The translations under genes were made by a program, and so were the position numbers. A DNA stretch of 31,803 nt from Candidatus Heimdallarchaeota archaeon (GTDB lineage: Archaea; Asgardarchaeota; Heimdallarchaeia; Heimdallarchaeales; Heimdallarchaeaceae). Each line of letters starts with the position of its first letter. Positions within the stretch are counted from its first letter, which is position 1. The DNA lies in the NCBI GenBank assembly GCA_030668825.1, contig DAOVET010000025.1:1-31803 (forward strand). The letters run 5' to 3'. The notes below the pieces were generated by a model. The model saw only the letters and a program-made list of their open reading frames with translations. It searched no databases and had not been told where the DNA came from. This document shows positions 1 to 8,550 of the stretch, in pieces.

Positions 1-12
1 GCTAATACTATC

Positions 13-30
13 AAAACATTTAATATATAC
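13..30 (+). promoter_or_regulatory. Putative archaeal BRE/TATA promoter of the actin gene
   Basis: An A-rich stretch followed by TTTAATATATA at 19-29, about 70 nt upstream of the actin ATG at 100. Confidence 0.4.
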
Positions 31-99
31 TTCAAGGTTATGAATCCATAAGACCAAGACGAAATTTGGATTCAATAAAAACAAGTAAAAGTGATATCT

Positions 100-1236
100 A
101 TGGAAGAGATGATTCAAAATAAACCGCTGGTTATAGATAACGGTACAGGTTTTACAAAGAACGGTTTTGCAGGCGAGGATCAACCAAGAAGTGTTTTTCC
201 AACAATTATTGGTTATCCAAAATATCAGATCATCATGACTGATGTTGAACACTATGTTCGAGAGTATTATATAGGCGAGGAAGCAATTAACCTCCGTGGT
301 GTTTTGAAACTTGTTTATCCAGTCGAACATGGACAAGTTCAAGATTGGGATGCTATGGAAAGAATTTGGCATTATACATTTTACAATGATTTAAGAGTCA
401 ATCCTAACGAACATCCTGTTCTATTAACTGAACCTCCATTAAACAAGAATCAAAACAAAGAGAAAATGGCAGAATTAATGTTTGATACATTCAATGTTCC
501 TGCTATGTATATCTCAATGCAAGCTATTCTATCACTTTATGCTTCTGGTCGTACAACTGGTATAGTTGTAGACTCTGGAGATGGAGTTACTCACATTGTC
601 CCAGTCTACGAAGGTTTCGCTATTAGCCATGCCATTCATAGATCCGATATAGGTGGTCGAGATGTTACAGATTACCTCAGAAGACTTCTACGTCAAAGAG
701 GTTATTCTCTGTCCAGCAGTGCTGAAAGAGAAATTGTCCGTGATATTAAAGAGCGCCTTTGTTACGTAGCTTTAGATCCAGAAAAAGAACTAAAACTAGC
801 AGAAAAAGTATCTGGAATGGAAAAGACTTACACACTACCAGATGGTGAAACATTAACCATTGGTGCCGAGCGTTTCATGGCTCCCGAGTTGACCTTTAAT
901 CCAGGTGCTATAGGGTCAGAAGAAAACCCATTAGATGAATTAATCTATAGATCCATCCAGAATTGTGATGTCGATCTCCGAAGAGATCTCTATGCTAATA
1001 TTGTTCTATCCGGTGGTTCAACAATGTTCCCAGGTCTTAAGGAACGTTTGCACAAGGAATTGACTGAACTTGTCCCAGAGACAATGGAAGTTAAAATCAT
1101 TGCACCTCCTGAAAGAAGATATTCAGTCTGGATTGGTGGTAGTATTTTAAGTTCTCTAAAAACATTCGCTAAATTGTGGGTTACCCGCAAAGAATATAGA
1201 GAAATTGGTCCTACCGCAGTTTATCGCTGTATCTAA
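100..1236 (+). CDS. Asgard actin (Lokiactin-type, close homologue of eukaryotic actin)
   Basis: Motifs [76 protein letters not shown] and [18 protein letters not shown], with C-terminal YRCI. ATG at 100 is preferred over GTG at 91, whose GTGAT looks like an RBS. Confidence 0.97.
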   Translation: MEEMIQNKPLVIDNGTGFTKNGFAGEDQPRSVFPTIIGYPKYQIIMTDVEHYVREYYIGEEAINLRGVLKLVYPVEHGQVQDWDAMERIWHYTFYNDLRVNPNEHPVLLTEPPLNKNQNKEKMAELMFDTFNVPAMYISMQAILSLYASGRTTGIVVDSGDGVTHIVPVYEGFAISHAIHRSDIGGRDVTDYLRRLLRQRGYSLSSSAEREIVRDIKERLCYVALDPEKELKLAEKVSGMEKTYTLPDGETLTIGAERFMAPELTFNPGAIGSEENPLDELIYRSIQNCDVDLRRDLYANIVLSGGSTMFPGLKERLHKELTELVPETMEVKIIAPPERRYSVWIGGSILSSLKTFAKLWVTRKEYREIGPTAVYRCI

Positions 1237-1238
1237 GA

Positions 1239-1270
1239 TTTTTTTCTTTCTTTTTTCTTTTATTTATTTT
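1239..1270 (+). terminator. Oligo-T archaeal-type terminator after actin
   Basis: Several long T runs begin immediately after the TAA stop. Confidence 0.6.
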
Positions 1271-1411
1271 ACTGGTTTGTAATTCTTTGTAAACGATGAT
1301 ATAAAAAGCGAATTCTCTTAAAATTTGTTTGAGTAATGTTTCCCTTTTATCAAAAGATTTATTTTATTTGCACTGTTGCATAGTTTTAGTATATAACTGA
1401 GAGTAAAACAA

Positions 1412-1753
1412 ATGGCAGCCCCACAAATTACACCAGAGCAACAAGAAAATATTCAGCGTTTTAATCAACTTGTTCAGCAATTGGAAGCTATTCGAATGAA
1501 TTTACAACAACAAGAGTTGGAAAAACGCGATGTAGATATCGCATTAAAAGAAACGAAAGATATGGATTCTTCCGCAGTAATTTATCGTTCTGCAGGAAGA
1601 TTGTTGTTCCAATCAAATGTTGAAGATGTTAAAAATCACCTTACAGAAGAACAAGAAAAAATCGAGGTTAGACTTTCCTCTTTAACAAAAAGAGAGAAAA
1701 AATTAATGTCATCTGTGAAAGAATTGCAAGAGAAGCTCATGGGAAAGAAATAA
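1412..1753 (+). CDS. pfdB: Prefoldin subunit beta
   Basis: 113 aa with coiled-coil / beta-hairpin (AVIYRSAGRLLFQS) / coiled-coil layout and a Q-rich N-terminal helix; sits upstream of DUF3194 and DHH genes as in other archaea. Confidence 0.92.
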   Translation: MAAPQITPEQQENIQRFNQLVQQLEAIRMNLQQQELEKRDVDIALKETKDMDSSAVIYRSAGRLLFQSNVEDVKNHLTEEQEKIEVRLSSLTKREKKLMSSVKELQEKLMGKK

Positions 1754-1797
1754 TTTCCAACTTAGCTCTTCTTTAATTTTCTAGAGAGTAAATAAAA

Positions 1798-2103
1798 ATG
1801 TCATCTGAAATAGAAGATATAGGAATAGAAACCTTGTCCAACAAGGAATTGGAAGAAATAGCTTCTAATGTGGAAGAGAAAATAATCACGCATATTCAAG
1901 ATCATGATTTTGGACAGCTCCTTACAGATTACAGTATAATAGTAAATCTATCTCAAAACCCAGACAACATACTGACTCTAACATTAGATTTCGACATTGC
2001 TGGTGGATTAACTTCCTCACAATTGGAGAATTTGCAAGAAGAGCTTTTCGAAAATGGGCAAAAAGCTCTCAAGGAGGAGCTTAAATGTCTCAAGAATTCA
2101 TAA
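1798..2103 (+). CDS. DUF3194-like small acidic archaeal protein
   Basis: IG..LS..EL.EI N-terminus, about 100 aa, in the typical position next to pfdB. Confidence 0.6.
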   Translation: MSSEIEDIGIETLSNKELEEIASNVEEKIITHIQDHDFGQLLTDYSIIVNLSQNPDNILTLTLDFDIAGGLTSSQLENLQEELFENGQKALKEELKCLKNS

Positions 2104-3095
2104 AAATCGTAGATCTACTTAATAAGGAAGAAGTTAAAAACATAGGTATTTTTACTCATCGAAATGCTGATCCTGACTCGGTTTCAAGTGCTATAGGTTT
2201 AAAATATCTTCTTGAAAAATATGTCCCTTCTTTATCAATATACTTATTTTCACACACAATGAGTAATCTATCAAAGGGAATGCTAAATATTAAAAAAGAA
2301 AAATTCCTTGATAATTTGGATGATATCAATTTAGATGCCATTTTTCTTTGCGACACGAATAATTTAGACCAAATCGGGGAGTTCCCATTAAAAAGCATTA
2401 CTGGGGGGAAAACCTTATCCTTTGTGATTGACCATCATTCATATCATGAATATACTGACAAGGTTGATTATGCAATTGTCAAAAAATTATCATCAACAGC
2501 AGAAATTTTATCACAAATTTATATGGAACTAAAAGTTATACCTCCACCAGAAATTGCTACCTTATTTCTAATCGGAATAATTTTTGATTCAAGAAGATTT
2601 AGATATATATCTTCGTCCATATTTTCAATAGTAGAATTTCTTATTCAGAGTGGTGGAGATTATGAAAAAGCAATTAACACATTGCAATCACCTATGAATG
2701 TATCTGAAAAAATGGCAAGAATAAAAGGGACCAAGAGATTATTACACCATAAAGAAGGAGAAGATATTTACACAATATCATATATTAGCAGTTATGAAGC
2801 TTCTGTAGCACGAGCGTTAATTGGGCTTGGAACTGATTTTGCAGCCGTTATAACACCACATCAAGATGATGAAATACGTATTAGTTTTAGAAGCACTGTC
2901 CAATTTGCAAAGAGAAATGATGTTAATTTGGGTGATCTAGCAAATAGTATTGCAAATCAGTTTAATGGTTCGGGTGGGGGTCATTTAACAGCTGCAGGCA
3001 TTAATATTAAACCAAGTAATAAAATTCCAAAAGATAATGAAAAGCTGCTAGAATTTCTACTTAAATTAGTTCTAAGCGAGGTTAAGAAGAAGTAG
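2085..3095 (+). CDS. DHH-family phosphoesterase (NrnA-like nanoRNase/pAp phosphatase) with DHHA1 domain
   Basis: Motifs HRNADPD, LCDT, IDHH, SSTAEI and GGGH..AAG. Confidence 0.9.
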   Translation: MSQEFIKIVDLLNKEEVKNIGIFTHRNADPDSVSSAIGLKYLLEKYVPSLSIYLFSHTMSNLSKGMLNIKKEKFLDNLDDINLDAIFLCDTNNLDQIGEFPLKSITGGKTLSFVIDHHSYHEYTDKVDYAIVKKLSSTAEILSQIYMELKVIPPPEIATLFLIGIIFDSRRFRYISSSIFSIVEFLIQSGGDYEKAINTLQSPMNVSEKMARIKGTKRLLHHKEGEDIYTISYISSYEASVARALIGLGTDFAAVITPHQDDEIRISFRSTVQFAKRNDVNLGDLANSIANQFNGSGGGHLTAAGINIKPSNKIPKDNEKLLEFLLKLVLSEVKKK

Positions 3096-3113
3096 TATTT
3101 TGGAGGAAAAACT

Positions 3114-4589
3114 GTGAAAGATGCTACTATTTCATTTAATAATTTCAGTTTTCGTTATTTTTCAAGAAAAAAACCTGCTGTATCTAATCTTAACTTCTCA
3201 ATCTCAAAAGGTGAATTCATAGTTTTAACAGGTGCAAGTGGATCTGGTAAAAGCACAATTTGTTATTCAATTCTAGGTTTGCTTGAGAACTTATATGAAG
3301 GGAAAAAATTAGGCGAAATGCTGTTAAAAGGCACTGAAATATCAAAGGTCCAATACACTAAGCTTTCAAAAATTATAGGTTATATTCCACAGCGACTCGA
3401 AAACTCTTTCACAACCCCTTACGTATTTTCGGAGATTGCATTTCCACTTGAATACAAAAATTATACTAGAGAAGAAATAGTAGAAAAGGTTCATTCAGTA
3501 GTAGGGGATTTGAATATAGGAAAAATTATAGAAAGAAAATTAAATGAATTGTCGGAAGGAGAAAAACAATTAGTAGCAATTGGGACAGCCATAGTTGATA
3601 ATCCGGAAATAATTGTTGCTGATGAGCCCTTAGCAAACTTGGATCAAAATAACAAGAAATTGATACTCGACACATTTATCCAATTAAATAAAAAAGGAAA
3701 AACCATAATAATTGCAACTCACGAATATGAAGAATATTTACAGTTCGCTTCAAAAATAATAAGAATTGAAGGGGGGGAGATTACCGATGAAAATTTGATC
3801 ACAAAAGTTTCAGCAATTGTAAGGAAGAAACCTAACAAAATTAGTATAACTGAAGATAAAGGAAAAAAAACAGATAAGCAAGTTAAAGTAAGCATAGAGA
3901 ATCTAAGTTTTGATTTTTCAGACAAATTTCAATTATCAAACATTTCATTAAATATTAATAAGGCAAAAATTGTGGCTCTTGTAGGAGATAATGGGTCGGG
4001 AAAAACTACTCTTCTAAAGCTTCTAATTGGGCTACTTAAACCGAAACAAGGTTCAATCAAGATAGATAATATAGATCTAAAATCACTTTCTTGGACAGAA
4101 AAAACCAAAAGGATTGGGGTTGTATTTCAAGATCCAGATAAACAGTTTTTTGAGGAAACATCAATTGATGAAATTCTATTAATATCAAATAATATACTGA
4201 AGGAAATTATTTCTGAGGATATTGATATAATAGTGAAAAACAGTGGTTTGAGAGAACTAATGCAGTTTAATCCTCATTCACTATCACATGGTGAGAAAAG
4301 AAGATTATCTTTTCTTTCAGCAATTCAACATCAACCAGAGGTAATAATTTTAGATGAGATTACAAATGGATTAGATGATAAAAACAAATCATGGGTAAAA
4401 AATCAGATTGTAAACATGAAAAAGAATGGAACAACTGTAATCATAATATCTCATGATTGGGGATGGATAGGAGAAATAGCAGATGAATTTATTGGATTAG
4501 AAAATGGTCAAATCAGTTTTATAGGTCCAAAAAATCAATTTGAAACTAAATTAAGCAAGAAGAATTTTACAATATCCATAAAGGAGTGA
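3114..4589 (+). CDS. ECF transporter ATPase with two fused ABC domains
   Basis: Two Walker A (GASGSGKST, GDNGSGKTT), two signatures (LSEGEKQ, LSHGEKR), two Walker B (IVADEP, IILDE) and VFQDPDKQFF; adjacent to EcfT. Confidence 0.9.
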   Translation: MKDATISFNNFSFRYFSRKKPAVSNLNFSISKGEFIVLTGASGSGKSTICYSILGLLENLYEGKKLGEMLLKGTEISKVQYTKLSKIIGYIPQRLENSFTTPYVFSEIAFPLEYKNYTREEIVEKVHSVVGDLNIGKIIERKLNELSEGEKQLVAIGTAIVDNPEIIVADEPLANLDQNNKKLILDTFIQLNKKGKTIIIATHEYEEYLQFASKIIRIEGGEITDENLITKVSAIVRKKPNKISITEDKGKKTDKQVKVSIENLSFDFSDKFQLSNISLNINKAKIVALVGDNGSGKTTLLKLLIGLLKPKQGSIKIDNIDLKSLSWTEKTKRIGVVFQDPDKQFFEETSIDEILLISNNILKEIISEDIDIIVKNSGLRELMQFNPHSLSHGEKRRLSFLSAIQHQPEVIILDEITNGLDDKNKSWVKNQIVNMKKNGTTVIIISHDWGWIGEIADEFIGLENGQISFIGPKNQFETKLSKKNFTISIKE

Positions 4590-5329
4590 AAATCGTGGGA
4601 ATAACTGTTAAAAATGAAATTGAAGTACATCTTTCGAAGAAACGGCTTCGTTTTGACCCAAGGACCAAATCGGTAATCGTTCTTGTCTTCTTAACAAGTG
4701 TTCTCTATTCCAGTAACATATATTTACTAGGAAGCTTGGTAGCATTCTCCCTTTTCTTAGCATTAATTGTTAGAGCCAGAGTTAAATTTATCATTATTTC
4801 GTTATTTTTCTTATCATTGTTTTCTCTTATAGCCACTCTTCTTGCAAACATTACTCTTACTGTTGAAAATGCATATTTTCTTTATTCAATTATTGTGTGC
4901 AGATTTACAACATCTTTTTTGATAATTTCTTGGTTCTTCTACTCAGTTGAACCTTATGGATTAGCGATTTCATTAGAAAAAATGTATATTCCTGCAATGT
5001 TAGTCTGGTTTATCATTACAATCTACCAGTTCGTTCCAGTTACTGCTAGAGAAGCTCAAGAAATAAACGATATTAGAAAAATAAAAGGTTTAACTGCCAA
5101 AAAATGGGAATTTCGGAAACAAATCTATAACTTTAGGAAAACTCTGAAACCATTAATAACAGATTCAATAAATAGGGGCATTGATCTTGCTGAATCTATG
5201 ACAATTAAGGGGTTTGTTCCTAAAAGAAGAAAGAATCTTTATCTTGATGTAAGTATCAGATTATTGGATGTTATCGCAATACTCTTTTCAATTGCAGCAT
5301 TAGTTCTAGTAATTTTATATCTGAAGTAG
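4586..5329 (+). CDS. ecfT: ECF transporter transmembrane component T (EcfT/CbiQ)
   Basis: FDPRTK N-terminal motif, hydrophobic helices, RKIKG and LAESMTIKGF coupling motifs; 4-nt GTGA overlap with the ATPase gene. Confidence 0.85.
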   Translation: MKIVGITVKNEIEVHLSKKRLRFDPRTKSVIVLVFLTSVLYSSNIYLLGSLVAFSLFLALIVRARVKFIIISLFFLSLFSLIATLLANITLTVENAYFLYSIIVCRFTTSFLIISWFFYSVEPYGLAISLEKMYIPAMLVWFIITIYQFVPVTAREAQEINDIRKIKGLTAKKWEFRKQIYNFRKTLKPLITDSINRGIDLAESMTIKGFVPKRRKNLYLDVSIRLLDVIAILFSIAALVLVILYLK

Positions 5330-5333
5330 AAAA

Positions 5334-5972
5334 TCATCTTATCTCTAAGAAATTACTGATGAAAGTTTGAAGTTCTTCTTGAACAGCTTGTATTGAGTTA
5401 TGTACATCAATAATATGAAGCAGTTTAGGAAATTTTTCAGCTAGTTTCAAGTATATTTCGCTGACTTTTTGAAGGTTTTCTTTTTTCTCAAAAGTATTTA
5501 CTCCTTCTTCTCTATCAGCAGAGATTCTAGCCAGTGCTTCGTCAACAGATAAGTCTAGAAGCAAAACAAGAGTTGGAATAATTGATACTTTTAGATTTTC
5601 TTCCAAGATATAATTCCAATCCAATCCTCTTGACCCTTGATATGCTACCGATGAAAAGTAGTATCTATCTGTGATAACTATCTTACCGTCTTTTAATAGG
5701 GGAATCACTTCATCCCTGAGATGAATAACTCTGTCTTCTAAAAATAGTCTAAATTCTTCTTCAACAGGTAATCGTTCAGGTGCAAAGAAACTTTCTCTTA
5801 GCCTTCGACCGGGTAATGAGTATCTCGTAGGTTCGGTAGTATAAACTGCATCAAAACCAAGAGAGCAAAGATATCCTACCAATAATCGAGAATGTGTGGT
5901 CTTTCCTGAACCATCGATTCCTTCCACACAAATGAACACACCAGAAGAAGGAGATTCTAACATAACATCCAT
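5334..5972 (-). CDS. tmk: Thymidylate (dTMP) kinase
   Basis: FICVEGIDGSGKTT P-loop, TEP, and DRYYFSSVAYQG. Confidence 0.93.
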   Translation of the reverse strand: MDVMLESPSSGVFICVEGIDGSGKTTHSRLLVGYLCSLGFDAVYTTEPTRYSLPGRRLRESFFAPERLPVEEEFRLFLEDRVIHLRDEVIPLLKDGKIVITDRYYFSSVAYQGSRGLDWNYILEENLKVSIIPTLVLLLDLSVDEALARISADREEGVNTFEKKENLQKVSEIYLKLAEKFPKLLHIIDVHNSIQAVQEELQTFISNFLEIR

Positions 5973-6136
5973 TGTGAAGAAATAGAATAAAACAATTTTG
6001 GTGACATACAGAGAGAATTGTGCATCAAAAACGAAAAAAGTGTGAAAATTTAACCTCTTATCGGGATTCAGAGAAATGTTTTTATTAATACTATTGCCGT
6101 TTAAAATACCACAGAACGAAATCTTACTTCCAAAAT

Positions 6137-7510
6137 ATGAGTGATATCATGTTCTCTGAAAATTTCATTTCTTTAACTGATTATGCTGTAAAAGCCTTTG
6201 AATCGAGTTCATTTGATTCATATGAAATAAGTTGCGTTGATAGATTACATGCACTTACTAGATTTGCAAATTCTACAATTCATCAAAATGTATCTGATCA
6301 TACATGCCGGTTCCTCTTCAAGGCATCAAAAGGAAAGAAGATATGTACATTATCTCTAACATCTCTGACTAAAACAGCTATAGATTCAGCTGTTTCTCAG
6401 CTAGAAACGATGCTCTCTTTTATTCCTGAAATTCCATTTTTTCAAGGTTTCGCTGAAGATACTGAAGAAGTGATTCCTTCAATAAATGCTACTGGAAGCT
6501 TACTAGATGAATATCAACGTGCTGATATCGTCGAAACAGCGATTGGTGAAGCTGAAGCTGTAGATAAAAGTGCTAAATTAGCAGGAGCCATTTCAATTAC
6601 TGATCTTCGATATAGGATTTTAAATTCCAATGGTATAGATATCTCCCATCAGATCACATATAATGGCTTAATCATTAATTCATTAACTGAAAAGGAAGGC
6701 AAGGGATATGCAAAAGAAGAGCAATTTGAAAGAGATCCGTTTTTACTAAAACCTGCAGAACTATCCCGAAAAGCAACAGAATTATCTGTAAGTACATGCT
6801 CTGCGAAAGATTACTCACTTGGAGAATATGAGGTCATTCTTTCACCAGCTGCAACAAGTACTTTAATTAGATTCTTATCCTTTGGTTTTAATGGTCTTGG
6901 ATATCATGAATCCCAAAGTTTTGTAACCGATCAAATAGGTTCTCAAATGTTTGATACAAAATTAACACTTCATGATGATCCCTTAAATTCTGAAACTCTT
7001 CTAGCCTCGCCAATAGATGGAGAAGGTGTAAGAAAAAAGCCACTTTTTCTGGCTGAAGAAGGTATTCCTAAATCAATTGTATATAATAATTTTATCGCAT
7101 CAAGATACTTAAACGATAAACGGCTCAGTACAGGTCATCAAGTAATTCCTTTCAGTGACTATATATTTGGTATGGTGATGCCAATTAACTTAACACTTTA
7201 TCCAGGAGATTCTTCTATTCCTGAGATGATTGAGGAAACCAAACAAGGTTTCTTTATCAATAGGTTGCATTATACAAATTTTGTTAATCGGAAATTAGGC
7301 GCAATTACAGGTCTAACAAGAGATGGTATCTTGTATATTGAAAATGGAGAGGTTGTTTCAGCAGCTAAGAACTTCAGGTTTACAGATAAGCTCACATCTT
7401 GTCTAAAAGAAATTCCATTGATTGGTAACAAAGTGGAAACGGGAGTTACCCTGAATTGTCCTGCGATTAAACTAAAGTCTTTCAACTTCACAGGAAAAAG
7501 TAAGCATTAG
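6137..7510 (+). CDS. TldE/PmbA-family protein (non-catalytic partner subunit)
   Basis: Motifs TRFANSTIHQN, YEVILSP, DGEGV and TGLTRDG..YIENGE....KNFRFTD; no HExxxH. Confidence 0.88.
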   Translation: MSDIMFSENFISLTDYAVKAFESSSFDSYEISCVDRLHALTRFANSTIHQNVSDHTCRFLFKASKGKKICTLSLTSLTKTAIDSAVSQLETMLSFIPEIPFFQGFAEDTEEVIPSINATGSLLDEYQRADIVETAIGEAEAVDKSAKLAGAISITDLRYRILNSNGIDISHQITYNGLIINSLTEKEGKGYAKEEQFERDPFLLKPAELSRKATELSVSTCSAKDYSLGEYEVILSPAATSTLIRFLSFGFNGLGYHESQSFVTDQIGSQMFDTKLTLHDDPLNSETLLASPIDGEGVRKKPLFLAEEGIPKSIVYNNFIASRYLNDKRLSTGHQVIPFSDYIFGMVMPINLTLYPGDSSIPEMIEETKQGFFINRLHYTNFVNRKLGAITGLTRDGILYIENGEVVSAAKNFRFTDKLTSCLKEIPLIGNKVETGVTLNCPAIKLKSFNFTGKSKH

Positions 7511-7555
7511 AGTGAAATAAATCCTAGAAGATCTCATGATATGCAAGTGATATAA

Positions 7556-8509
7556 ATGTTAGAAAAGATAGAGGAAGCATATAATCGAATCAAGAACACA
7601 ATTAATAAAACACCAATTATGACATCTTCCAAGTTGGATCAGAAAGTAAAGGCTAACTGTTTCTTGAAAATGGAGAGTTTTCAAAGAACGGGTTCATTTA
7701 AGTTTAGAGGAGCATTCAATGCTATTTCTAGCTTATCCCCAAAATTAAAAGCTAAAGGGGTTACTACCCATTCTTCTGGGAATCATGCTCAAGCCTTATC
7801 TTTAGCTGCTAAAATGGCGGGGGTAAATGCAGTTATTGTTATGCCAGAGAATGCCTCAAAAATTAAAATTGCAGCAACAAAAGGTTATGGTGCCAAAGTG
7901 GTTTTTTGTGGAACCAAACCAGAGGATAGGGAAAAAACAGCTCAAGCATTAATTAACAAATACGAATATACCTTGATTCATTCTAGTAATAACCTAGATG
8001 TTATTCATGGACAAGGAACAGCTTCTTATGAATTAATCAAAGAAATAGGTGAATTAGACTTTATTTTTACCCCATGTGGAGGAGGAGGTTTATTATCAGG
8101 AACTGCGTTAGCTACAAAATGTTTATGTGTAAATACAAAAGTGATTGGGGTTGAACCAAAGAATGCAGATGATGCATATAGATCATTTAAAGACAAAAAA
8201 TATTACCCGGTCGTAAATCCAAATACGATTGCTGATGGTTTACGAGTTTCACTTGGAACTAATACATTCAAAATTATTCTTGAACATGTTGATGACATTA
8301 TTACAGTTACCGAGGAAGAGATTGTTAATGCGATGGAGTTTCTCTGGTCAAGAATGAAACTTGTTGTAGAACCATCTGGTGCGGTTTCCTTAGCAGGAGT
8401 TTTATCAGGAAAAATCAATCTTGAAAACCAAAGGGTTGGAATAATAATATCTGGAGGAAATGTTGATTTAACGGATTTCTTTTACCTTATTAGAAAAAAG
8501 ATTGTCTGA
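7556..8509 (+). CDS. PLP-dependent serine/threonine dehydratase or serine racemase family, without ACT domain
   Basis: Motifs KMESFQRTGSFKFRGA (PLP lysine), SSGNHAQA, CGGGGL, VEPSGA and ISGGNVD. Confidence 0.9.
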   Translation: MLEKIEEAYNRIKNTINKTPIMTSSKLDQKVKANCFLKMESFQRTGSFKFRGAFNAISSLSPKLKAKGVTTHSSGNHAQALSLAAKMAGVNAVIVMPENASKIKIAATKGYGAKVVFCGTKPEDREKTAQALINKYEYTLIHSSNNLDVIHGQGTASYELIKEIGELDFIFTPCGGGGLLSGTALATKCLCVNTKVIGVEPKNADDAYRSFKDKKYYPVVNPNTIADGLRVSLGTNTFKIILEHVDDIITVTEEEIVNAMEFLWSRMKLVVEPSGAVSLAGVLSGKINLENQRVGIIISGGNVDLTDFFYLIRKKIV

Positions 8510-8550
8510 AGATTATGCAGTTTTAAAAAAAAGGAAAAAAAGAAAGAAGA

